A DNA stretch of 62,935 bases, the filler included, from Folioceros fuciformis (lineage: Eukaryota), in the NCBI GenBank assembly GCA_049999805.1. It is 12 parts of 12 records of this genome, joined end to end, with 100 filler letters (N's around TTAATTAATTAA, not from the genome) between each part and the next. Parts side by side here need not be neighbours in the genome. Positions count along the whole stretch, not along the records: positions 10,883 to 15,645 come from JBNGIO010001737.1; positions 15,746 to 21,607 come from JBNGIO010001739.1; positions 21,708 to 36,879 come from JBNGIO010001740.1; 9 more parts are not named here. One strand, 5' to 3'. The notes below the pieces were generated by a model. That model did no database searches and had not been told where the DNA came from. It saw nothing but the letters and a program-made list of their open reading frames with translations. Below, piece by piece: positions 13,300-24,559 of this stretch (the stretch's first letter is position 1; each line of letters starts with the position of its first letter). The translations under genes and the position numbers were made by a program.

Positions 13300-13560
13300 A
13301 ATGGCTCTCTTGTTGCATGACAAGTTATGAGTGTCTGACAAGTGAAGATAATGACTCTCTCGTTGCATGACAAGTTATGAATGTCTAAGAAGTGAAAGTA
13401 ATGGTTCTCTTGCTTCGTGACAAGTTATGAATGTTTGACAAGTTTCTAGTAGGCCTTGGTAATGGCTCTCTTGTTGCATGAAAGGTTATGAATGTATGAC
13501 ACATGACAGTAATGGCTTTCTTGTTGCTTCACAAGAGTTACAAGTTGTGAATGTCTTTCA
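13300..13560. repeat. Tandem repeat, ~50-bp unit (AATGGCTCTCTTGTTGCATGACAAGTTATGAATGTC...), about 5 degenerate copies
   Basis: Direct inspection. Confidence 0.8.
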
Positions 13561-13779
13561 ACATTCACAAGTTCATTACAAGTTGTAACTAGTCTTTCAC
13601 ATCCTTCACACAATCCCAAAAGTGGACATCACCAAATCTTTCTCTTACACAATCTTGAAGACACCTAGGCATTGGTTCATCTCATGCACAATCTGGAGGA
13701 CATTTATTCATCTCATGTCACAATTTCGAAAGTAGGCATTCTGACAAAGTCTCAAAATCATCAAGGACATTTATTCATT

Positions 13780-14325
13780 CCATGACACAATCTCGAAAGT
13801 AGGCATCCTGACACATTTTCAAAAGCGTGCATCTAGTTTGTTCGACACAATCTCACAAGCTATGACATGCATCCTCAAGCTAAACACAATCTTAGAAGCA
13901 TGCGTCTTCAAGCTAAACACAATCTCAGAAGCATGCGTCCTCAAGTTAAACACAATCTTAGAAGCTGTGACATGCATCCTCGTCCTCGACACAATCTAAG
14001 AAGCTGTGACATACATCCTCGTCCTTGACACAATCTTAGAAGCTGTGACATGCATCCTCATCTTCATCCTCGACACAATCTAAGAAGTTGTGACATACGT
14101 CCTCGTCCTTGACACAATCTTAGAAGCTGTGACATACGTCTTCGTCCTCGACACAATCTTAGAAGGCGTGACATCCTCGTCCTAGACACAATCTTAGAAG
14201 TTGCGACATACATCTCGTCCTAGACACAATCTTAGAAGTTGCAACATACATCTCGTCCTAGACACAATCTTAGAAGTTGCGACATGCGTCCTCGTGCTCG
14301 CGTCCTCGTCCTCGACACAATTGAA
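13780..14325. repeat. Minisatellite, ~30-40-bp unit (GACACAATCTTAGAAGCTGTGACATRCRTCCTCGTCCT)
   Basis: More than 10 copies of the ACACAATCT(T/C)AGAAG core. Confidence 0.9.
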
Positions 14326-14747
14326 GGTCTAGTCTATCTTGACAGAATCTGGCATATGACTATTCTTGTTCTTAGTGTCAGACATGACTTTAAGGTCTTT
14401 TGTCAAGGTCTGACATGTCCCTAAGGTCAGGTGACACCTTCCATTAGAGATGCACTTTAATGTTTGACGTATTGGGTTGTGAGTACACACTTGCCAAAAA
14501 CCTATGTGTAGGTACAAATCATGTAAGTACTATAATATACGAGGTTCCCTAGACACAATCTCAATGGCTGGGCCAGCATTGTACGAGGTTCCCTTGAACA
14601 CAATCTCTAAGGTTTGTATATTGTACGAGGTTCCTTGGACATAATCTCAAAAGCGAATGTACACCCATCTCATACACAACGTTCGTAGCGACCTTCTTGT
14701 TCTCAATTCACTGACATGTCTATGAGGTTGACAACATCTCATTCTTG

Positions 14748-14885
14748 ATGTCTGACATGTTGTTGAGGTCTTGGACATCTCGATGCCTGACATGCCCTTT
14801 AGATCCTCGACATCTCAATGTCTGACATGTCTTTGAGGTCCTCGATGTCTGACATGTCTTTGAGGTCCTCGATACCTTCTGACAT
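14748..14885. repeat. Short tandem repeat, ~27-35-bp unit (TCTGACATGTCTTTGAGGTCCTCGATG)
   Basis: 4-5 degenerate copies visible. Confidence 0.75.
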
Positions 14886-15596
14886 AGATGCTCAAATGCA
14901 CTTTCATGCCTAACATATTGGGTTGTGGGGCACATAGTGGGATGTACTTCCCAAAAGCTACACATAGCTACAGATCATGTACGAGGTTCCTTAGATATGG
15001 TTTGTATGTTGCACGTTGTGACATTTTCTTGCACATTGATGTCATATAGTGGTACAACCAAAGATTGTCGATGTGAAATCCATTTAAGACTTGAGGAAAG
15101 ATGTCACATCTCTAGTCTCAATCGAAGGAGTACAAGTTTCAGTATTGTCCTAAGAACGATGCCCAAGTTGAGAGGGAGGGATGCTATGGACTATAAACTT
15201 CTTGCATCTGACCACCCAACTAATTAAATTGTAATTAGTTGGGTCTCATAGTCCCATTAAGCTGTAAATATGTATATTTTTAATTATTTCACTAACACAA
15301 ACTGGAGGACCAATTGCAGCAACCTAGATGGACATAGAGTCTCGGGATGTGGGGTGAATGGGCAGGAGTTGTGGGAAGGAGAAGAGACTCCCACAAAAAG
15401 GTGACTTTTGTTATCTATAGCATTGGAGGCCTAAGCATCGGGCGTTGATCCGTTTGGACTTTTGAGAGCACAACAAAGGGAAAAAGGTGCTAACGGTGCA
15501 TCCAACATGCGAGAGAAAGCCAAAGGCCGGCACAAAAAAGCGACAGCAAAGGGACATGGGATCATGTGATAGGCGCATAAGCAAATGCATGCACAC

Positions 15597-15645
15597 AAGA
15601 GCAAGAGCAAGAGCAAGAGCAAGAGCAAGAGCAAGAGCACGAGCA
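15597..15645. repeat. (AGAGCA)n microsatellite at contig end
   Basis: Direct inspection. Confidence 0.9.
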
Positions 15646-15745
15646 NNNNNNNNNNNNNNNNNNNNNNNNNNNNNNNNNNNNNNNNNNNNTTAATTAATTA
15701 ANNNNNNNNNNNNNNNNNNNNNNNNNNNNNNNNNNNNNNNNNNNN

Positions 15746-16227
15746 GGGCAGAATCTGCTGGAGGGACTGGAGGGGGACATGGAGTAGCTAGTGGCAGCGG
15801 GGGAAAGGGAAAATTGCAAAGCGGACGGGGCGAGGCGGAAATTCTTAGGAGATAGCGGGAAGGCAGCATCGATGAGGCTCTTCTCCAGAGCGAGCGCAGA
15901 TTCATCCCCTGGTGACTTTGCTCCTACGGCCCGGTGCGGCGAATCCAGAGCGGGAGGGCAGCCCTTGAGGTTGTAAATTGGGCGGGGCCGCAGCGTGGGG
16001 TAAGCCTGGTCGAAGGATTCGAAGGAGGTGGAGCGGTCGGTGGCGTATTCGGAGCAGTCTAGCGGGCCGTCCCCGTCTCCTTTCCCCGCTCCTTCTACTC
16101 CCCCTGGAGCAGTGCGCTTCCCCGGTCGCTTCCGCCTGTAGGCACGCCTAATTTCCTTCACCTTGGCGTACCATGCGCGCGGCATGACCACGTGCGCCAG
16201 CTTGAAGCGGGCGTCGTTCTTGTCCAT
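15746..16227 (-). CDS. OVATE family protein (OFP) N-terminal part, truncated by the gap
   Basis: MDKNDARFKLAHVVMPRAWYAKVKEI resembles the RF(K/R)LSDMIPNAWFYKLK N-terminal motif of OFP1-type proteins. The C-terminal OVATE domain is not visible. Confidence 0.65.
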
Positions 16228-19200
16228 GACCACGGGTGTAGGCGGCGCAGGAAGAGCAGCAAGCAGCCGCCGGGGGAGCGAGCGAGGAGGAGCGGAACGA
16301 GAGCTTTCCTTGAGCGGCAAGAAAGGCAGTTGCGGAGGCAGAGGCAGAGGCAGAGGAAGAGTGCGTGAGGTGGAAGCGCAGACTGGTGGGCAGGAGCAGC
16401 AGCAGAGGCAGGAGCAGGTGGCCGTGCGGGAGCGTCCGCACCGACATTGCAGGCTGTGCAAACAGCGGCAGCGGCAGCACCAGCAGCCGCGGCGGCGGCG
16501 GCGGCAGGGAGACAGGGGGAACGAATTGTGCGGGAGGCTCTCACGGCGTCTCGTGTGTGAAGTGCAAGAGGGGCGAGCGTACGCGGCGAGACAAGGAGGC
16601 AGGGGCAGGAGCAGAGGCAGGAGGGAGAAGGAGACTAGGAGACGCGGGAAGGGAAGGGAGGGGAAGGGAGGGGAAGGGAAATGATTTTGACGTGCAAGTG
16701 CAGAAGCCTGGGAGGTGTAGAACTAGTATATGAGGCTCACAGGCTGGAGGCCTGAGAGAAGTTACCCAGTACAGGGGAGAAGGACAGGAGAGGAGAGGAG
16801 AGGAGAAGGGGAGGAGAGCGTGTTGTGTGCGTCATGGCACCACTCTCTAATCTTGTGTGTTGTACAGTGGGCAGTGGCGATTTGCGTGTGCAGCGAGAGC
16901 AAGTGATGATATGGTCTCGCCTGGCGCTCTTCTTCCATCCAGTTGGCTTGCTTATTAGGCTGGAGGCTGGAGGGGAAGCAAGGTGGGGCCAATGCCTCGG
17001 GGGCGATGCCATTTGTTGGTTGCCTGCCCAGCTCCTGGTGCCGCTCCCGCTGCGGTGCCGCTGCTGGCCTCTGCCCCTGCCGCTGCCGCAGTAGCAGCAG
17101 CTTGTAGAATTATTAACGGCGGCCCGTCGGTGTAGGGGCTTGGGCCGAGTCCCGTGCCGTGCCGTTCTACCCAGGTCTGCCGTCGCCATCGCCATCGCCG
17201 TCCCCACCCCATGTTCTTGTTCTGTGTCGTTCCGTCATGCCCCGTCCCTTCCCGTTCCGTTCTGTTCCAGAGTTCCACGCATGGGGTCTGGGAGCGGTGA
17301 GCTCCCCGGCCAGACCCCGTTCCGTTTCAGGGGTCCGGGGGCAGCAGGATCTGGTGCGTATCTCTCGGGCGTGGAGACAGCCAGCCAGCCAGCAGCCCAG
17401 CTCTTTACTTTTCGGGACACGACTTGAGTCGTGAGTCGCGACTCGTTACCGAGTTACCAGGAGGAGAGAGATGGAGGGACGGAGGGAGGCCCGGAGGGAA
17501 GCAGGAAGCATGGGTCAAGAGTAGGGTGGCTGTGAGAAGCTGAGCTGACCGGGGGTTGTAGCTAGAAACACGATGGCTGGCTACCGAAGGGTCATGATGA
17601 AAGTAGGAGGATTACAGGGCTGCGAAACGCCCAGCACCAGCACCGGCACACCAGCACACCAGCACCATCTCCAGCTCCGGCTCCAGCTACTGGTGTGATG
17701 GTGCCGTGTGGTAGCTACTACTGCGGTCTGCGCTGTTACTGGTAGGTCGTTGACGATGACGAGCGTCCTGTTTCCCGCGGGCCCAATGCAGGCAGGCACG
17801 TGGCGCGCACGAAAGGCGGAAGCGTCACGCAGATTCCAGGCCCGCATCATGGCCAAGGAGGGAGCCGCCATGGAGGCTCGCAACCCACCTCAACTCCGAC
17901 TCCGACCACGACCCGACCCGATGCAGGCCGCTCTACTAGTAGCAGGCCAGTGTAGCCTGCCTCCGCGCGGTGCACCACCGTCGTCACAACCCGCAAAGCA
18001 TCATTCGTATCGGGTTGGACCGCCTTGGTTTTGGACCAGCTTTGTTGTCCTGGCCTCGGTTTTTCCTCCCTCCGCCTTTCTTGCTTTGCTTTTCAAGACA
18101 GACGACACTCCCCCCACTCCCCACTCCCCACTCCCGCTCCCGCGCCGACCAAGAGCGGGAACGGAGCGCACATTCTTCCTTCTTGTTTCGGCGCATGTGC
18201 AGCTACAGTAGCGCTAGTCTAGGTGTGCGCAAACCGGAAAGGACCGCTGCAATGCTTGTCCGCAGTTGAGGAACAAAATGGCACAGGGCATATTAATTGG
18301 CAAGGCCTGACTCGGGCTGGGAGCTTTTCAAGCATCTCATCCTCATCCTATACAATCCCCGAGCTGTGGACCTGGCTCTGTACTGGAGGTGGCAGTGTAC
18401 ATGTACGAGGGGAGGGGGGACTGATGAGGAGGGCATGGGCTGGACTGAACTGGACTGGACTGGGCTTCCCCTGTTCTGCTCTGCTCTGGCCTGCTCTGCT
18501 CGGGTGTGACGTGTGGGGCAGCCCGAGAAGGCGCTGCGCAATGCATTTGTGGATGCCATAGGCAATGGTGGCAGGCTGGGGAGTCACGTGATGCCGGTGC
18601 ACCACGGTCCGCCACGCAGCGGAACGGGACGGTGGACGTTACGCGCTTGAGGAGCTGGGAGGGGGGGAGGGATCAGGGGTCTCTATGTTTGCGACTGCAG
18701 TGGTGTGTACCTGATTGGAGTACCTGGGCTTAGTCTCATCGTATGGTGTGCGCTCTGCGCTACTCCATCGTCACACATGCGCACTTTTATTATTGTAAGA
18801 GGACACGGCGCCTGCAGGGCGATGGCTGTACATCCCTCACGAATCACGTCTTGCCGTTCGTGCCCACTCCATCTGCTCATAATGGGCAGTGGGGCTAGCC
18901 TAGGAGTGCCAAGCATTCAAAAACATATCTGTGTTTTCTTGTGTGGCGCAGAGTGGGTGATGCGAGCGCAATGAGGGGGGCGGGGGCCGGGGGTATGGTC
19001 TGGCCGACACTCCCAAGCCCAGTACACGTACATGCCTGGATTGCAAAACGAAACAAGCAGAACATCCCTAGCACCGTTCCATTCCAGCCCAGCCCAGCCC
19101 CGCAACCTGGCCGCACAAGATGAAAGCAGCAATGATGTAATGCGTGCCACTTTACCTGCCACACGCTTCCCTTCCCCTGTTGCCGCTGGAAGCTGCTGCA

Positions 19201-22200
19201 ACTCCGGGCAACGTTATTACGGTCCGCCTCTTCGGCCCAGGCCCAGGCCCAGGGCAGCGAAGAGTAAGTGGACTCGGTCCTCGGATGCCTATCTCGAGAC
19301 AAGTCGCGGGTAATCAACGTCCAACTTCTGCAGGAGGTTGGGCGTGGCTTTCCAATGGGGGGCCGCCACACCGCGCGCTCCGTGGATTACACCGCTGCCG
19401 CTGCCGCAGCGGCAGCAGCTGCCTTGAGGGGACTGGAATCGGAATATGATATTAGTATAAGGTGTGTACTTGAGAGGGCAGCGGAAAGAGGGAAGGAAGG
19501 CAGGCAGGATCCGGGGTGGCCTATTGAAGCCAAGCCGAGCCGAGCCGAGCCGCGTAGATCGTCATGCAGGCAGGCAGCAGTCTGCAGCTGCAGGCTGCGG
19601 CAGGCTTCTGCCACGGCCGCAGCCGCTGGCACTGCAGCAGCTCGCATTGCCTGTTCGTTCATTCACACACAGCGCAGGCCGCAGGAGGAGCAGCCAGCAG
19701 CCAGCAGCTTCATGTCGTTTTGTAAGAACATCCGAGTCCCTCCAAGGGCAGGGCAGGGCAATGCAATGCAAGGCAAGGCAAGGCAAGACAAGACTATGCA
19801 AGGCAAGGCAAGGCAACATTACGTGCTTGTCACCTGTTGCTGTGCCTCTGGCTGCTGCTCTGCACCCACCCTTGTGGACACTGGTGGGGGCGGGGCGGAG
19901 AGGAGAGGAGAGGAGAGACTGGGACATGGACCGGGACACAGACCCGGACCAGGACCAACCTGGCCCCGGCCGGCCCCACGGATCGGGTGCGGTCAGGCCT
20001 CGAATCCCGCGACGGTTGCATCCGCCATTCATTCGCAAGCCCTAACCCTGTGCCAGAATGTGGTGGAATCATAATGGAGGCATCTGCTTTTCCATGTCCA
20101 AACAAGCCTGGAAAGTTATGTGGCACCGCTTCCAATTTCCCTCTCGCAGCCTCGCTCACCACACTCTCCACCTCTGCACTGCACTGCACTGACTCCCCCT
20201 GCCTGGGCCTGCCTCCACCTGCCTGGGCCTGCCTCTCACTGACTGACTGCGTGGCGAGTCACGACGAGAGGGCCTGCATGCCTCCGCCTCCCCGCGCTCG
20301 TTCTCCCGCTTCAACCTTGCTTCCATCCCTTTTCACTTCCTCCCTTCCTTCCTTCCTTCTTTCCTTCCTTCCTCCCGCTTTTCCTCCCTTCCATAGCACC
20401 ATCATTCCCTAACAAACCCTACTCCTCCTCAATTCTACACACCCTCTGCTGTCGGCGCCACCGACGAAACTCCCTCCACCTGACAACCTACTCTACTCCA
20501 CCTTCGTCGCTGCCGCCACCTCCCTCGTCAACCTCTCCTGCTCCATAAACATCTGTATGCATGCAAGTACTACTACTTTCTCCATCAGGCAAGGCAAAGC
20601 TCCAAGCTCCATGCTCCCCCCGCTTCTCCTCCTCCTCCAAATGTGAATCCGGATGATACCGCTCCGCGACTCGACCTGGTCCACGCACGAACCAAACCAA
20701 CCAACCAACCCCGCCTGCAGCATTCCGTATGTCCCTTGACCACGACGGAACGGAGCCCTAGCCCCAGCTGGCAGCCCCAGCAGCGTCCGTTCCCGCTGTC
20801 GTCTTGCATCACCCCCCCATTTACAGGCGCAGGAGGTTTGCAGACAAGCAAGCTGTCTGTGATTTTCTTGTCTTACACTTCCCACATGATACGATACGCA
20901 GCAAGGGCGGTTCCCTGGGTTCCCAGCGCCAGCCCGCCCGCAACCCGTGACCGTAACTTCACCTCACCATGTCATCAAATCCCCGCTTCGCCGACCCCTC
21001 GCACGTACAACCCAGTACAGTAAGTAACTAGAAGCCACCTCACCTCGTCAACGTTCTGTCATGCTGCCGTCCCGACGGAACGGCAGTGCCGCAGCCACGC
21101 CATGCCCCAATCCGATTCCCAACATCTCTCATACCATTTTTTTATCAAATATTCTCATGCTATAATCGGGCTCGGCGTCACCACCGTCCCGAGCACCCAG
21201 ATTCTTTCTTCCCTCTTTCGCTTATTTCAATTCAGGCGAGTCAAATGGAAGGCTGGCCTATCCTCGCCACGCCACGCCACGCCACGCCACGCCTCACCTC
21301 GCCTCGCCTCGCCTCGCCCAGCGGGCGGGGAACGCCAGATTTCAGCATCCCCTCCTTGTGGCGGCATTTTGTCGCCTTGTCTGCGTCGCTTTAAATTCAA
21401 AATCTGGCGCACACCTTCGCCCGCGCTCACCCCGATGATGCAGCAATCTACGTAACTTTGTGTACATTCTATTCAACAACAAAACAACATGTGCAGCCGG
21501 GATTTGGGCACCTGGATTTGGATTTGTGCACTCCATGCCGTAATCAGCGTCTCTTAAATCTCAACGCAACGGTAGATAATATCCAAATCTCGATGCACGC
21601 ATAGGGCNNNNNNNNNNNNNNNNNNNNNNNNNNNNNNNNNNNNNNNNNNNNTTAATTAATTAANNNNNNNNNNNNNNNNNNNNNNNNNNNNNNNNNNNNN
21701 NNNNNNNAGACTGACAGCCGAGCCGGGTGTAGGAGGAAGGACGGACGGCACAGATGCGGGCGGACGGCAGACAAGGCAGCGGCAAAGGAGACTGCGCGAT
21801 GCAAGGCTAGACAACGCTAGGGCGGAGGACAGCCAACAACAGGTGCAGAAGACACGCCTTCCAGAACCAGATGGGAGGGCGAGGAAGAAGAAACAGGGCA
21901 AGGGCGAGGGAGAAAGCGAGGCAAACCTGGAAAGGGAAGGAAAACTCGAGAAACGCCCAGACACTGCCAGAGTGCCAGAAACGCCACTCCCTTTCCCATT
22001 CTCTCACAATGCTCCATTTTACCCGTCCATAATTCTGTAAAACTGCAAAATGCCACTTGGACAACGTCCTGGCGTTTTTGTACAGTATAGTACATGCTCG
22101 CACTCGCTGCATCTCTGCGGCTTCCAATATTCGCTCAAATTTTCGTCACTCTTGCCTGCATTATTCTTACTTTCGTATTAATTTCGACTAGAGCGATTCC

Positions 22201-22304
22201 TTTTCAAATTTTCTCAAAAAACACCCCACTTGAAGTAATTTCAAGTGCCCTGAGATAAAAGGGGTTAGCCTCCAGGGTCCCAATCACGATTTATTTCAAG
22301 TGAA

Positions 22305-22466
22305 TAAAACCCTAAACCTATTTTTTAATAAGATATATTAATTATAACAAAGGTAAAAAAATACTAAACAACATACATGGTGTACTATGAACCTACATGG
22401 CTAAACCTAATCCTAATCCTAAGACTTGGCTAACCCTAATCCCTAAACCCTAAACATGGCTAAACC
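22305..22466. repeat. Telomere-like (AAACCCT/TAATCCCT) units immediately 3' of the kinase ORF
   Basis: AAAACCCTAAACCTA near 22307 and TAACCCTAATCCCTAAACCCTAAAC at 22431-22455. Confidence 0.7.
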
Positions 22467-23902
22467 CACATGTCTTCGAAAAAAACGTCTTTCTTAATTC
22501 TACTTGTTGTGTTATTGCGTGGCATCCGATAAATAAATCTATTTAATTGTTCAAGATTGTTGATGGAGAGTTTTTTGTCTCTAATACTTCGATTCAAAAT
22601 CATTCGGGCGACATATTCCACCCATATTGCATTAATATTAGGGTAGCTTTGGTCCCACTTCCCTTGAGCAATTTGGTGCACACGTCTCCAAGTTTGGTCC
22701 AAAAAATAATTTGGTATCCTTTGTTTGGCAAGATTTGTAAATATAACCTCGGAGCCATGTTGCATACGTGATAATCCAAAATCTATAATAGACGCTTTCA
22801 ATCCATGTGTTTTGATTATTTCTCTTTCGTTGTTCGTGATATATAATTCAAGACTTTTGTCGTCTCCTGTATAAGTTATAAGAATGTTTTTGGTATGGAG
22901 ATCTCGATGTTCAAACCCATATGCGTTTTCTGCTACCTGCAAGGCCAAGGTTACTTGTAACAATACACTTTTGACTTCATGCAAGGTATTAAATTTAAGT
23001 TTTGACAAAGAAATCCCGCCATCTTCTTGCGCAATTATCATGAACCTTTGATTAGGTTCATAGACCATAGGAAAGTTGGACTTCTCCATCGCTGCCCATT
23101 CTGACTTGGCATGCATAAAAAGCTCAGAGTTTAGAAACTCTCCTCTCCAAATTTCATTCCATTTGTTACATATAAAGTTGGTGCAGAAAAAAAGAGCATT
23201 CGGATTTCGTAAGGTCGCCAAAGTATTGCCAATCAATAACTCCTTAAAATTATCATCCTTCTCAAGATTATCATCCTTTTTCATAGGTATCACTTTAATT
23301 ATTTGACCATTCACCTTAAAAATTTCTGCATAAAAACCTTCACCAATCTTTGTCACACATGGTCTTATAGAAGAGTCAAAAAAAGATGAATAGTGGTGAT
23401 ATAAGTCGTCATAATATGCTTTTGAAGCACCGTCAAATCCGACACCCTGAGGATTACCGGCCTCCGAATCTTGCAAAGAAGTTCTAACACCAAAGTTCGG
23501 AGGACTACTACAAAGCTGCAAAGAATTTCTAACACCTAAGCTCGGAGGATGGGCGACGTTGAAGCTTGGAGAACCCATGAGATCAAAACCTAGTAAATTA
23601 ATGAGATCAGAACCTAATAAATGAGTGGTGTATGAACTCAGCTCTACCTCCGGCACCAAATTCGGCTTAGTTCTAACACCAAAGTTCGGAGGACTACTAC
23701 AAAGCTGCAAAGAATTTCTAACACCAAAGCTCGGAGGATGGGCGACGTTGAAGCTTGGAGAACTCATGAGATCAAATCCTAGTAAATTAATGAGATCAGA
23801 ACCTAATAAATGAGTGGTGTATGAACTCAGCTCTACCTCTGGCACCAAATTCGGCTCCAGACCTAGAGCATGAGGTCGAAAATTTTGTTCAAAATGAGGC
23901 AT
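22460..23902 (-). CDS. Divergent, intronless haspin-like Ser/Thr kinase
   Basis: KIGEGFYAEIF (Gly loop), IIKVIP (Lys), KELLIG (alphaC Glu), SVLLQVTLALQVAENAYGFEHRDLHTKNILI, ASIIDFGLSR and W..SYPNINAIWVEY. The FEHRDLH context and the C-lobe are haspin-like. First ATG at 23902. Confidence 0.8.
   Translation of the reverse strand: MPHFEQNFRPHALGLEPNLVPEVELSSYTTHLLGSDLINLLGFDLMSSPSFNVAHPPSFGVRNSLQLCSSPPNFGVRTKPNLVPEVELSSYTTHLLGSDLINLLGFDLMGSPSFNVAHPPSLGVRNSLQLCSSPPNFGVRTSLQDSEAGNPQGVGFDGASKAYYDDLYHHYSSFFDSSIRPCVTKIGEGFYAEIFKVNGQIIKVIPMKKDDNLEKDDNFKELLIGNTLATLRNPNALFFCTNFICNKWNEIWRGEFLNSELFMHAKSEWAAMEKSNFPMVYEPNQRFMIIAQEDGGISLSKLKFNTLHEVKSVLLQVTLALQVAENAYGFEHRDLHTKNILITYTGDDKSLELYITNNEREIIKTHGLKASIIDFGLSRMQHGSEVIFTNLAKQRIPNYFLDQTWRRVHQIAQGKWDQSYPNINAIWVEYVARMILNRSIRDKKLSINNLEQLNRFIYRMPRNNTTSRIKKDVFFEDMWV
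23480..23856. repeat. Near-identical 189-bp in-frame tandem duplication (63 aa x2) in the kinase N-terminus
   Basis: GTTCTAACACCAAAG starts at 23481 and 23670. The peptide PNLVPEVELSS...PPNFGVRT is repeated. Confidence 0.95.
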
Positions 23903-24559
23903 TGTAGGATGCTTAGAGCAATGGTACCTTGATTCAACTAAATACACAAGATATAGTTCTAAGATCAATATGCATGATAAATCTTTACGAAAGTTCTTGC
24001 AAGTCGACACTTACAAGAGAAGAGAAAAAATGGTTGAGGTTGTCCATTATGGTAAGAGCTAACCTATTCATAGTGAAATACTTTGTAAACTTTCCAAATA
24101 AAGTTAGGGTTACTTTCATTTTTAGTACAAGTAAACCATATGTTTATGCGTACACCAAGAGGTAAGTTAAGTGCAACTTGCTAAATAATGACATAAAGAC
24201 TATGCATAATGCCAACCTAGTATATTCTTTAATTAGGTCAATATTATTCTAAATCCTAAACTTTTAAATTCAGAGTTAATTCTAACTTGGGTGTAAAATT
24301 GAGATACTTCTTCTTTGAGTCATCTTGTTGCTATTCAAGCATGTGTGCTTAAGAGCATTGTTACACGGTACATAAAATTGGTGGAACGTGTGCAGTATGT
24401 TACCTGTATATTTATTCTCAATACGTTATTATATTTAAAATCCTCAAATGACCATAAAGTATGTAATAAAATACTTAACAATTAATAAATAATAAATGTA
24501 TCACGAAGACATAATACTCAAAACTTAAATCTCAAACCACATCAAGGCATCACAATCAA

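Noticed and set aside
13780-14325. ~35-bp repeats resembling a CRISPR array
   Set aside because: Units are contiguous and degenerate with no unique spacers and no cas genes, in a eukaryotic context.
16365-21455. Many 100-270 aa ORFs in GC-rich SSR-laden DNA (similar ones at 5698-7214 and 45363-47091)
   Set aside because: Low-complexity translations of microsatellites, no domains, and open on several frames at once.
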